NCBI GenBank assembly: GCA_964454545.1
Contig: CAYVTI010000011.1
Coordinates: forward strand, 1 to 57,844
Length of the DNA stretch: 57,844 bases
Source of the DNA: an uncultured Rickettsiales bacterium
GTDB taxonomy: Bacteria; Pseudomonadota; Alphaproteobacteria; Rickettsiales; JABCZZ01
Reading direction: 5' to 3'
The notes beneath the pieces are model-generated. The model worked only from the letters and a program-made list of their open reading frames with translations, did not search any database and was not told the DNA's origin. Positions 48,616 to 57,844 of the stretch are shown in pieces; the stretch's first letter is position 1; every line of letters starts with the position of its first letter. Made by a program: the position numbers and the translations under genes.

Positions 48616-49211
48616 TACGCAAATTCATAAGCAATAATCAGACGCTGGTCTTTGGTATAGGACTGCCGCTGGTTATGGTGCTTATGTTATCCCTGGCCGC
48701 GGTTATTCCCAGTATGACGGCCACTCCTCCAAAATATGACGTCATATATGCCAGTAACTACTATGAAAACAATAATTATGGCGTGAATATATATGCGGAC
48801 AGCGACAGGAAATTGAAAATTTCCTACACGGGTAATTGCTATGCTGCCACACCTAAAATTTATATTTATAGCCCGCCAAAAGACCAGTTAAGGGAATTTC
48901 CTATAACCGTTCCACGGGATATAATATCCCCTAATTCCACTAACTGCATCAACCCCAGTAAAACTGTCCCTATCAGCGTTCCGGGACTTGAGGATATAAC
49001 CATTGATACATCCAGTGTGGCGCCTGATGGCTATAGTTTTTCTAATGGAAATTATTCAACCATCTCCAACGGATTAATAACCGAGATATTCTTCTCACGC
49101 AGTTATTATAATTACCGGGCCGTGTTGAAAAAAGGAAACTACAGGATCCGGCTTCCGGAAACAGAAGGGTATGGCAGCCTCAAATTCATTGGCTGGATAG
49201 TTCCCAAATGA
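48612..49211 (+). CDS. Hypothetical membrane-anchored protein
   Basis: Single N-terminal TM, Tyr/Asn-rich soluble part; ATG overlaps the upstream stop region. Confidence 0.7.
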   Translation: MIRKFISNNQTLVFGIGLPLVMVLMLSLAAVIPSMTATPPKYDVIYASNYYENNNYGVNIYADSDRKLKISYTGNCYAATPKIYIYSPPKDQLREFPITVPRDIISPNSTNCINPSKTVPISVPGLEDITIDTSSVAPDGYSFSNGNYSTISNGLITEIFFSRSYYNYRAVLKKGNYRIRLPETEGYGSLKFIGWIVPK

Positions 49212-49224
49212 CAATGTCAGCAAT

Positions 49225-50322
49225 ATGAACAGCAAACAGCAGAAAATATTGCAGCTAATGGATGACATGCAAGCCAGCGGCATAACGCTGGCAGACCTGG
49301 AAAAAGAAATATACTGCCGCACGCATACCAAACCAAAAAACAGCATCAGCACCGGCAATATTGCCGTACGGGTATTTATCTATCTCGGCGCAATCCTTAT
49401 TTTCTCAGGAATCAGCACCTATATACACATGTTCTGGAGTAACATGTCCTCATTCATGCGTATTTTTATTACGCTTGGAACCGGAATTGGGCTCTCCGCG
49501 CTGGCTTTGATTGCCATGAGGGAAGGAAAATATCCCAGAATCATTCTGCCCCTTATTATCATCGCAGCCTGCGTGGAAACCACAGGATGGTTCGTGATGA
49601 TTTACGAGCTGTTGCCGCATGGGGATGATACCCGCAAGGCTGTCGCTTTTGTATTCGGCATCATGGCGGTGCAGCAGTCGCTTATATTCAACCTGCACCA
49701 GAGAACCTCGCTCCTGTTCACCGCTATTTTCTTTGCGTATGCCTTCTTAGGCGAAATGCTGGGTATATCGGGCATGAAGCAGGAATATGCCGCTATTCTC
49801 CTGGGAGGATGCCTGATATATACGTCCATTGTCATTTCCCGCACGGAACACCGCCAGATTTCATACATCGGATATCTGGCTGGAGCGTTTTTGTTCAATG
49901 GCGGTATATTCAGGTATATTGAATTGTTATTTGACGGGAACTGGGCCGCTATTATAACCGGTATTTCCTTATGTTCATTCGCCTATTGCCTGAAGGAATC
50001 GGATGATAAAAGATGGTCCGGACCCACCTTCTTCATAGGATCGGCTATATTTTATGATGGCCTGTTTGGCATGGTTTACCATACTCCTTTTGAACTGCTG
50101 TACCTCGCTGCCGCCATCGGCATGATATATGCATGTACATTACTTGAAAGCCGGGTGCTGCTTTTTACCAGTGTAATAGCCATCCTTGGGTTTATAGGGT
50201 ATTATACGACCGAATATTTTGTGAATTCCGTAGGCTGGCCAATCGCGCTTGTCTTGATGGGCATAGCCTTTCTGGGCACTGGCGCTGCAGCGGTAAAGGT
50301 AAAGCAGAAATACCTGCTGTAA
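49225..50322 (+). CDS. DUF2157-like polytopic membrane protein
   Basis: YLGAILIFSGI..YI..FW..M, about 11-12 hydrophobic segments, GWPIALV..G. Confidence 0.7.
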   Translation: MNSKQQKILQLMDDMQASGITLADLEKEIYCRTHTKPKNSISTGNIAVRVFIYLGAILIFSGISTYIHMFWSNMSSFMRIFITLGTGIGLSALALIAMREGKYPRIILPLIIIAACVETTGWFVMIYELLPHGDDTRKAVAFVFGIMAVQQSLIFNLHQRTSLLFTAIFFAYAFLGEMLGISGMKQEYAAILLGGCLIYTSIVISRTEHRQISYIGYLAGAFLFNGGIFRYIELLFDGNWAAIITGISLCSFAYCLKESDDKRWSGPTFFIGSAIFYDGLFGMVYHTPFELLYLAAAIGMIYACTLLESRVLLFTSVIAILGFIGYYTTEYFVNSVGWPIALVLMGIAFLGTGAAAVKVKQKYLL

Positions 50323-50340
50323 AAATACTAGGGTGCATGC

Positions 50341-52188
50341 ATGGCAGAAGTAAACATCATCACTCCGATACCGCAGCTTCAGGCTGTTTCCGGCGTTACG
50401 CAACAATCCCAGAATACGGGCGATTCCGTTATCATTTCAGGAACGATTATCGGCAAGGATGCAAACGGCAATTTCCTTCTCAGGACGCAAAATGGCAATA
50501 ACCTGGCTCTGCAGAGCCATTTTCCGCTTACCTATAACAGTGATCTGGTGCTCAAACTCAATGCCAGCCCCCAAGGCAGCAATGCCCGGATTATCTCCGT
50601 AAACGGCCAGGCGTTTGTGGACTTTGCCCAACCCGCACAGCAGCAAACCGACAGCATAAGTAACCCATTGCTGGCGCAAACACCCCAAGTTCCGGATAGT
50701 GATGCCGCCCCTTCCTCATTTACATCCCTGCGTGCTGTAGTGGTCTCTTCCAGCAGCAGTAATGCATCCGGCACTTCTGCCCAGCCGGGCACAAACGCAC
50801 CGCCCTCACTAACAAACGGAACTCCCGTTATCGTGCGTTTCTCCGTGGCGCAACAGCAAACGCAACCCGATACGGGACAGCCCGGACAACAAAATCCCGG
50901 CTCGCCAGTTCCACAAGACAGTGGACAGAATACGGCAAGAATTCAGACGACAACACAGGCCGAACCGCAGATTGTCAGCACAATTGCCGAAAACGTGACC
51001 AAAGTTCCCTCCACACAATTACCGGCCCAGCCGATAATCAACAATAACAATCCTTCCGATAATAACGCAGGCAAGGCACAGGCTGGAAGCCAGCCCGCCC
51101 CTGCCCAGATGCAGGGCGCCATCATACAGCAAGCCGTTGAGCAGGTTGTCCAGACTGCGCCCAACCCTCTCTATGCAGCCTATGTGAAACAATCCGTTAT
51201 ACCCGGTGAGAAATCCTCAACGCCCGCCACACCCAGTACCAGTGCAGGTGAGCCGGAACCGCATGTCGCCATGCAGGGAAATATGGTGTCGGCTGCCAGG
51301 GATGGCACCATCACCATACAGTCCGGTAATACCCTGCTGACGCTGCAAGCAGCATCTCCGGCCGAGACAGCCAAACTTGCCGCCGGCACAAATGTAACAA
51401 TAGAGTTCCCCACGGCTTCGGCGCAAAACGCATCCGCTGCACCTGTTATCACGTCCGATATTCCGGCGTCGTTTGCGGAAATCGCATCCTCATGGAATAC
51501 TTTCAAGCAAATCATTGGCATGACCGACAATAATTCCCCGTCTATAAATTCCGACGCTGGCAGCAAGCCATCCGGCCTGCTGGCCAGCCTGCCCGCATTA
51601 GGCGCGACCTTCGTTTCATCAAGCATGCAATTATTAAAAAACCTTGCCGGTGGGAATATAAATAGAATTCTTGGAGATGATGTAGTCGAGAAACTGAAGG
51701 AAAGCGGGCAAAATACCCTATTGCAGAAATTTGCCGCTGAGGTGGCGGTCATTAATAATACCCAGTCCGCAAAGCCGGAACAGGCCGCCTCTGGCTGGCA
51801 GGGAATGTTTATGCCCTTTGTCTATCAGGGTGAAGTGCAGCAGGCGCGCATTTATGTCAAACGCGACGCTCCGAATAAAAAGCAACAGGCCACAGGCAGC
51901 AGCGCGGCAGGAACGCGTTTCGTCGTGGAAGTGGATATGTCGGAGCTTGGAGGTATCCAGATGGACGGCCTTATCCGCAAGAAACAGGCGAATACCGTAT
52001 TTGATCTTATCATCCGCAGTAATACTGAATTCTCCCCTGAAGAGAAAACGGATATCGCCAGCATATACAATAGCGTTGCCGAACAGACAGGTTTCCACGG
52101 CTCGCTCGCCTTTCAGGTAGCCCACGATTTTCCGATAAAACCCCTCGACGATATTCTGGCAAACCGGAGCAATGTGATTACTGCTTAA
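50341..52188 (+). CDS. Low-complexity Q/P/S/T-rich protein with FliK-like (hook-length control) C-terminal domain
   Basis: WQ..FMP...G...[32 protein letters not shown]; long disordered linker. Confidence 0.55.
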   Translation: MAEVNIITPIPQLQAVSGVTQQSQNTGDSVIISGTIIGKDANGNFLLRTQNGNNLALQSHFPLTYNSDLVLKLNASPQGSNARIISVNGQAFVDFAQPAQQQTDSISNPLLAQTPQVPDSDAAPSSFTSLRAVVVSSSSSNASGTSAQPGTNAPPSLTNGTPVIVRFSVAQQQTQPDTGQPGQQNPGSPVPQDSGQNTARIQTTTQAEPQIVSTIAENVTKVPSTQLPAQPIINNNNPSDNNAGKAQAGSQPAPAQMQGAIIQQAVEQVVQTAPNPLYAAYVKQSVIPGEKSSTPATPSTSAGEPEPHVAMQGNMVSAARDGTITIQSGNTLLTLQAASPAETAKLAAGTNVTIEFPTASAQNASAAPVITSDIPASFAEIASSWNTFKQIIGMTDNNSPSINSDAGSKPSGLLASLPALGATFVSSSMQLLKNLAGGNINRILGDDVVEKLKESGQNTLLQKFAAEVAVINNTQSAKPEQAASGWQGMFMPFVYQGEVQQARIYVKRDAPNKKQQATGSSAAGTRFVVEVDMSELGGIQMDGLIRKKQANTVFDLIIRSNTEFSPEEKTDIASIYNSVAEQTGFHGSLAFQVAHDFPIKPLDDILANRSNVITA

Positions 52189-53527
52189 TTTCCAGGCTGT
52201 TTATCAGGTTATTCGCCTTCCTGTCCCGCTCGCCAAGCGGCTTGAGATCATACCGGACTTCAATCAGTTTCAGAATGGAGGTGGTATCATATACCGTGTG
52301 GTCGATATATCCCCGCTTCGCAAAGGGCGATATGATGATAGCGGGCACGCGCTCGCCCGGTCCGAAGCGATCGCCCCTGGGCGGCGCCACATGATCGAAG
52401 AAGCCGCCGGCATCGTCAAAAGTCACGATAATCAGCGAGTCCTTCCATAAAGGGCTTTGTTCGATTCTTCTGATAATCTCAAACGCATGATTTTCACCGC
52501 TTTCCAAATCGGTATATCCCGGATGCATGTCAAATATGCCATCCGGCTTATAGAATGAAACGGCGGGAAGCGTGCCATTCTCAATCGCCTGCACAAAATC
52601 GCTTTCATCTTTCAGATGTTCCTTCCGCGCCTGTGTACCCGGCGCGTAATTCCTGAAATACACAAAAGGCTGATGGTGATAGATAAAGGACGATGCAGGT
52701 TTCCCCGCATCGGCATCGTTCCATCCGCCGCTATACCATGCCCAGCTGATATTCTTCCCGCTTAACCTGTCGCCAATGGTCGGCATGGCCTGAACAGGCA
52801 GGCGTTTCGCAGCGTCGCCTACCTTTTTATCATACGGCGCATTCACAGGCTGTATGGTGTTGACCGCATATCCGTCTGGCGTGAGCGCGCCGTCTTTTAC
52901 AAGCCTGCCCTTGCTATCAAGCTTTGCACGCATTTCTGCGGGAGCATCTTTATATCGCGGCGTGCATGCGCATATAAGCCACAGGTGATTAATGAAAGAT
53001 CCGCCAAACGCTGCAGTAAAGAAGTGATCGGCCAGCGTATAATTCTTCGCATACCGCCAGAGAGGAGAATATTTCTCATCATAATATCCCATGACGAGCC
53101 CTCCGGCATCGCTCATATAGGAAAACTTGTCCATTTTTCCGCCATCCATCTGCTCCTGGAGCTGGTAAAACCTGTGTACCAGATCGCCGGTTTTTTCGCT
53201 GGCATGCACATATCTGCTTATCGGGAAAGGCCGGTTGGAAAGAGTGTCCGGAAACCGCCTGTCAGGATTCTTCCCCTCCATCACCCGGGGCAAAAACGTA
53301 TAAGGTTTGCCATTTTCATCTGTTTGTATGGTTTTTTTTCCTGCACCTTTAAATCCATCCGCTCCCGGAAACGTCCCGAAAACGTTATCAAAACTATGGT
53401 TCTCGAGATAGAAAACGATAATATGGTTTATTCCGGCGAGTTCATGCCGCGGCTTTGGCTCATCCGCGTAAGCAGAGAGAGGCAGCAGCAGAAAGACAAG
53501 CAGGATATTTATGAAGTTGCGCATCAT
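52178..53527 (-). CDS. Secreted acid phosphatase, AcpA/phospholipase C phosphoesterase family
   Basis: Signal peptide, [48 protein letters not shown]. Confidence 0.9.
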   Translation of the reverse strand: MMRNFINILLVFLLLPLSAYADEPKPRHELAGINHIIVFYLENHSFDNVFGTFPGADGFKGAGKKTIQTDENGKPYTFLPRVMEGKNPDRRFPDTLSNRPFPISRYVHASEKTGDLVHRFYQLQEQMDGGKMDKFSYMSDAGGLVMGYYDEKYSPLWRYAKNYTLADHFFTAAFGGSFINHLWLICACTPRYKDAPAEMRAKLDSKGRLVKDGALTPDGYAVNTIQPVNAPYDKKVGDAAKRLPVQAMPTIGDRLSGKNISWAWYSGGWNDADAGKPASSFIYHHQPFVYFRNYAPGTQARKEHLKDESDFVQAIENGTLPAVSFYKPDGIFDMHPGYTDLESGENHAFEIIRRIEQSPLWKDSLIIVTFDDAGGFFDHVAPPRGDRFGPGERVPAIIISPFAKRGYIDHTVYDTTSILKLIEVRYDLKPLGERDRKANNLINSLEIKQ

Positions 53528-53592
53528 GGTGTAACAAGCTATTGAGAACAGGGGTTCACACGCTAAGTACTCATAACAAGGGCATAAATTAA

Positions 53593-55446
53593 ATGATCAT
53601 TCAAGCAATAAAGAAATATGCGCCTTTTGAAATTAAGCGCATTGCGAAGCATGTGCTCAAACATCCTTTACCTCGGAATAATGTTCTCGGCTTTCGATCC
53701 CATGAGGATACTCATGAAATACTGCGCATTGAAACGCCGGAATCCGCCCTGAAAGAGGTGGCCAAAAACAACTGGCTGGCCACTTACGCCAGGAATATAA
53801 CTTCACAAGGTGGAGAAGACGGAATAATAGAAAGAATTCTGGAAGTTATAGGCAAGAACAATCCCGGATGGTGCGTGGAGTTCGGAGCCTGTGACGGAAA
53901 ACGGGACTCAAATACCTGGCACCTGCTGAACAACAAGGGCTGGAGCGGCGTGCTTATCGAGCCGGTAGCCGAATGGTACGCAGGACTTAAAGAGAATTAC
54001 AAAAACCGTACTGATGTATATTGCCTGAACCGCTTCGTAAACTGGGAAGGCGTGGATACGCTCGATAATATCTTTTCAGAAACGCCGTTGCCGGAAGACT
54101 TCGAGCTTCTCGTAGTAGACATCGATGGTAACGACGCGCATGTTTTTGAAGCGATGCAGAACTACCGTCCCCATGTGGTTTCCATCGAATTCCACAGGCT
54201 TATCAACCCTGCGGTGCGCTTTACGCCCCCCAAAGATTTTTCCCTGAACTGGTCGGCTTCCCTCGGCGCGTTATATGATCTGGCAAAAGTCAAGGGATAT
54301 GAACTGGTGTGCGCCATCAACTGGAACGCATTTTTTGTCCGCCGCGATCATTTCGGCAAATTCGGTATCAGCGATAACAGGCCGGAAAAGATATATCATA
54401 CGCATGAGGAAATGCGGCTGTTCCAGGGATATGACGGTACGCTGCGCCTCTGCGGCATTGACACGTTTTATTGGAAATACCAGATAAACCGGGAAGGCAA
54501 ACTGGAAAATGTGCGCATAAGCCATAGCGACATACAGGTGCTGCCTGAACATCTTCGGGTTTTCAGGCCGCGCCATACCTATGAATGTAAAACGTTTGCA
54601 ACGCAGGCAGGCAAGCTGGACCACGGTTCTTTTCCGGACAACATATTGCTAGCGAAACGCAGGAACATTACCTCCGAATGCGGAGAAGACGGAATATTGG
54701 AATTTATCTTTGACACGCTTGGCATCAGGAATGGATTTGCAGTGGATGTTGGCGCATGCGACGGCAGATATTTCAGCCAGTCCTATAATCTGCTTTCCAA
54801 TCATGGCTGGCAAGGCATTGCCATCGAAAAAGATCCGCAGGCTTATGCGAAATTGTTGGAGAACTTCTCAGGAAAGAAGGATATACGCTGCCTCCATGCG
54901 GAAGTTACACGCTTTGGCATAACCAGCCTTGATAATATTCTAACTCAATATGATACCCCGCATAAATTTGATTTCCTCACGATAGATATCGAGGGAGACG
55001 ATTACCATATATGGAATTCGCTTAAGGACTTTTCCCCTGCCGTGGTTGCAGTGGATTTCAATCCCAGTATTTCCAATGATATCCTGTATGTGCAATCCTA
55101 TAACGCTCCCTCTCCATTTGGCGCATCGCTAAAAGCATTTATTGGGCTTGGCAGGACCAAGGGCTATGAACTCGCAGCCGTCACGGATTGGAATGCCATA
55201 TTCGTGCGTAAAGATCTGTTTGGAAAACTGGGCGTAAAAGATAACAGCATAGATAATATGTATTATCCCCCGTTTGAAATGCGTATGATGCAGACTATGG
55301 ACTCCTGTCTGCATCTTTTGACCGGTAAGCGCCTCATGCGACAGGATTACGATATCAATTTCGAGAATTTCCAGGTTATGCCACAATCTCTTCGCGGCCT
55401 GGGCAAAGTTTTCGGAGGGACGCCTACGGTCTTTTATGGCGATTAG
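53593..55446 (+). CDS. Protein with two tandem FkbM-like methyltransferase domains
   Basis: [26 protein letters not shown] repeated as [26 protein letters not shown]. Confidence 0.8.
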   Translation: MIIQAIKKYAPFEIKRIAKHVLKHPLPRNNVLGFRSHEDTHEILRIETPESALKEVAKNNWLATYARNITSQGGEDGIIERILEVIGKNNPGWCVEFGACDGKRDSNTWHLLNNKGWSGVLIEPVAEWYAGLKENYKNRTDVYCLNRFVNWEGVDTLDNIFSETPLPEDFELLVVDIDGNDAHVFEAMQNYRPHVVSIEFHRLINPAVRFTPPKDFSLNWSASLGALYDLAKVKGYELVCAINWNAFFVRRDHFGKFGISDNRPEKIYHTHEEMRLFQGYDGTLRLCGIDTFYWKYQINREGKLENVRISHSDIQVLPEHLRVFRPRHTYECKTFATQAGKLDHGSFPDNILLAKRRNITSECGEDGILEFIFDTLGIRNGFAVDVGACDGRYFSQSYNLLSNHGWQGIAIEKDPQAYAKLLENFSGKKDIRCLHAEVTRFGITSLDNILTQYDTPHKFDFLTIDIEGDDYHIWNSLKDFSPAVVAVDFNPSISNDILYVQSYNAPSPFGASLKAFIGLGRTKGYELAAVTDWNAIFVRKDLFGKLGVKDNSIDNMYYPPFEMRMMQTMDSCLHLLTGKRLMRQDYDINFENFQVMPQSLRGLGKVFGGTPTVFYGD

Positions 55447-55548
55447 GCAGGCTGATTCTGTTGTCCGCATCAACGAACTAGTTGCTATTGCCAAGAGGTC
55501 TGCTAAGAACGGCATAGCTTCGCCCTTAAATTAAGATTAGGAAGATAT

Positions 55549-56550
55549 ATGACGTTCTACAGCGGTCTAAAAGTCCTCGTTACCGGCGGCACAGGGTTGA
55601 TTGGCCGTCCATTGGTGGAAATGCTGCTGCAAAAAGGCGCTAAGGTTACTATCGTCTCTCTTGATGATCCTTCACGCGCACCCAAAGGTTGCACGTTTGT
55701 AAAGGCCGACCTGCGCGAATTCGCAAGCTGCATGGAGGCATGCAGGGGACAGGACATCGTTTTCCAGCTGGCTGGCGTCAAAGGTTCTCCCGCCATGACG
55801 TCCAAGCGCCCGGCGAGCTTCTTCGTACCTACCATGCAATTTTCCATCAACATGATGGAAGCCGCAAGGCGGAATGGCGTAGGACGTTTCCTGTTCACAA
55901 GTTCCGTAGGCGTATATTCTCCTGCCGAAGTATTTTTCGAAGACGATGTATGGAAGACTTTCCCCTCGCCCAATGATCGTTTCGCCGGATGGGCCAAGCG
56001 CATGGGCGAGCTGCAGGCGGAGGCCTATAAAATCGAATATGGCTGGGATAAGATATCCATAGTGCGCCCCGCCAATGTTTATGGCCCTTATGACAATTTC
56101 GATCCTGAGAATGCGATGGTCATCCCTTCTCTTATCCGCCGCGCCGTCGAAGGGGAAAAGCCTCTGACCGTATGGGGAGACGGTTCCCCGATACGCGATT
56201 TCATCCACGCACGCGATGTGGCGCGAGGCATGATGATGATGGTGGAAAAAGGAGTGAGCGAGCCTGTCAATCTCGGCTCGGGCGCAGGCGTTACCATAAA
56301 ACAGGTAGCCGAAATGGTTGCGAAATACACGCCCGGCGGAAAAGTCGATCTGGTATGGGACACAAGCAAACCAGCGGGTGACGCCAAGCGCCTGATGGAT
56401 ATGAAACGCGCTGCTTCTTATGGCTTCACATGCGAAATCGGCATTGAGGAAGGCATCAGGGAAACGATGGAATGGTTTGTGAATAACCGCAACGATGCCG
56501 ACAAACGCTACATCGCCTTCAACGACCCGATGATGAAAAAGCAGGCCTGA
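55549..56550 (+). CDS. NAD-dependent epimerase/dehydratase (extended SDR, GDP-sugar epimerase-like)
   Basis: GGTGLIG, RPANVYGP.DNF, VWGDG..IRDF..ARD, NLGSG. Confidence 0.88.
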   Translation: MTFYSGLKVLVTGGTGLIGRPLVEMLLQKGAKVTIVSLDDPSRAPKGCTFVKADLREFASCMEACRGQDIVFQLAGVKGSPAMTSKRPASFFVPTMQFSINMMEAARRNGVGRFLFTSSVGVYSPAEVFFEDDVWKTFPSPNDRFAGWAKRMGELQAEAYKIEYGWDKISIVRPANVYGPYDNFDPENAMVIPSLIRRAVEGEKPLTVWGDGSPIRDFIHARDVARGMMMMVEKGVSEPVNLGSGAGVTIKQVAEMVAKYTPGGKVDLVWDTSKPAGDAKRLMDMKRAASYGFTCEIGIEEGIRETMEWFVNNRNDADKRYIAFNDPMMKKQA

Positions 56551-56553
56551 ATA

Positions 56554-57243
56554 TCAAGGACGGCTGAGCGCAGTATCCAGAGAATCGGATAGGTCCAGCC
56601 TGACCCTATCCACCTCGTTGTCCTTCATATCGAACGCCACCGGCTTGCAGGAAATGCTCTCGCCTGCACGTATCTTCTTCCCGGTCTCGATAATAGTATG
56701 GCTTGTCACGATCTCCCGGCCTTCGCTGTCCAGCATGGTAGCGATGAGTTCGGGCAACGTGCGTTTTTCATTGGACGTATTAATCACCGCGCAGTCAATC
56801 TTTACACGGGTTTTATCATCCTTTTTCTCTTTGGAAATTTTGATGTCTGCTATTTCCAGGCCGCTGGTATTATAAATGCCCATCATTTCAAACAATCCGG
56901 AGAATTCAGGATAATCCCTGAGAATATTATCCCGGTAGGCAACCGGATAAAGCAACACATCCAGGAGCAGAAGAAATATGCATAACGCTCGTAAGCCGCC
57001 ATGCCGCCTGACAGCAGGCGATTCAGGCGCAGGCGCTGGAATGGGCCGCTCGATGGCTTCCTTGAGAACCTGTTTCACCCGCTCCTGTGACGCCATTTCC
57101 TGCGGTGAGGGAGAAACAGCATCCGTTCTCTCATGGAACCATGTATGCTTGCAGCTTGCGCAACGGAACGTGCGTCCATGCTCGCCAAATACGGCATCGG
57201 GAACCGTATAACGCGTGTTGCATTCAGGGCAGGTAATGATCAT
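56554..57243 (-). CDS. MJ0042-type zinc-ribbon protein with TM segment and DUF3426-like C-terminus
   Basis: MIITCPECNTRY...FRCASCKHTW; divergent from ftsE as commonly seen in alphaproteobacteria. Confidence 0.85.
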   Translation of the reverse strand: MIITCPECNTRYTVPDAVFGEHGRTFRCASCKHTWFHERTDAVSPSPQEMASQERVKQVLKEAIERPIPAPAPESPAVRRHGGLRALCIFLLLLDVLLYPVAYRDNILRDYPEFSGLFEMMGIYNTSGLEIADIKISKEKKDDKTRVKIDCAVINTSNEKRTLPELIATMLDSEGREIVTSHTIIETGKKIRAGESISCKPVAFDMKDNEVDRVRLDLSDSLDTALSRP

Positions 57244-57287
57244 AGAATATATGTAGATTTTTAACCAGTGGCGATTATAACAATAAT

Positions 57288-57844
57288 ATGAATTTAAGCG
57301 AGAAAATATTTGCATCCCCTTCCCCCGAGCCGAAAGAGGAAGTAGTGAAACTGGAAAATGTTTCCATGGGATACCTGAGCGGGCAGGAAGTGTTGCGTGA
57401 CATTACCTTAAGTATTAACCGCGGCGGATTTTATTTTCTCTCCGGCGCAAGTGGCGTGGGAAAATCCTCTATGCTTAACATCATCTCTTTATCCGTGCGC
57501 CCCACCAGAGGGCAGGTGCGCCTTTTCGGCACGGAAACGACCAAGCTTCCACGGGAAGAACTGCCGGAATTACGCCGCCGTATCGGCACCGTATTTCAGG
57601 ATTACCGGCTTATCGACCACCTAAGCATTGAAGAAAATGTCGGCCTGCCGCTTAAAATCGCCGGGGAACCAAAAGAGGAGATTGCGGGCAAGGTCACTGA
57701 ATTGCTGGAATGGGTAGGGCTCGGACACTACCATAAGGCGCGTCCGGAAATCCTCTCCGGCGGACAGAAGCAGAGAGCGGCCATCGCACGCGCCGTCATT
57801 ACCAAGCCAGATATATTGCTTGCCGACGAGCCGAGCGGCAACCT
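57288..57844 (+). CDS. ftsE: Cell division ATP-binding protein FtsE (partial, runs off the window)
   Basis: GASGVGKS Walker A, LRRRIG.VFQDYRL, LSGGQKQR.AIARA, LLADEPSGN; start at 57288 or GTG 57345. Confidence 0.92.
   Translation, partial: MNLSEKIFASPSPEPKEEVVKLENVSMGYLSGQEVLRDITLSINRGGFYFLSGASGVGKSSMLNIISLSVRPTRGQVRLFGTETTKLPREELPELRRRIGTVFQDYRLIDHLSIEENVGLPLKIAGEPKEEIAGKVTELLEWVGLGHYHKARPEILSGGQKQRAAIARAVITKPDILLADEPSGN

Noticed and set aside
55488-55501. TTGCCAAGAGGTCT resembling an RPE-1 terminus
   Set aside because: No matching left arm found; too short to support.

Overview
Chromosomal segment of an alphaproteobacterium, most likely a relatively GC-rich, early-branching member of the Rickettsiales. 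This is inferred from the rvh-type T4SS locus (virB3-virB4 plus four tandem virB6), an RPE-1-like palindrome, popZ, a PleC/DivJ-type kinase and CtrA boxes, alongside traits of less reduced genomes (panB, bioABF, cbb3 oxidase, a Cle-type c-di-GMP CheY-like protein, TA modules). Most of the window is housekeeping: pgsA, trxB/ahpC, corC, rplM/rpsI, rpmB, yejAB, secB, rnpB, three tRNAs, ispB, tsaE-amgK/murU and a partial ftsE. Most notable: (1) a pgsA-trxB islet where two BrnT/BrnA cassettes are bracketed by degenerate copies of the neighbouring genes' 3' ends plus a REP-like palindrome, suggesting a reusable cassette-capture site; (2) perfect CtrA boxes upstream of the T4SS operon, an AT-rich orphan gene pair (candidate effector plus partner) and two kinases; (3) VirB6 paralogues with Cys-rich inserts and basic repeat tails; (4) the cbb3 cluster lying inside the normally contiguous tsaE-amgK-murU operon; (5) a yciI gene split by a 7-bp duplication. 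All calls are by eye from sequence and motifs; no database searches were run.
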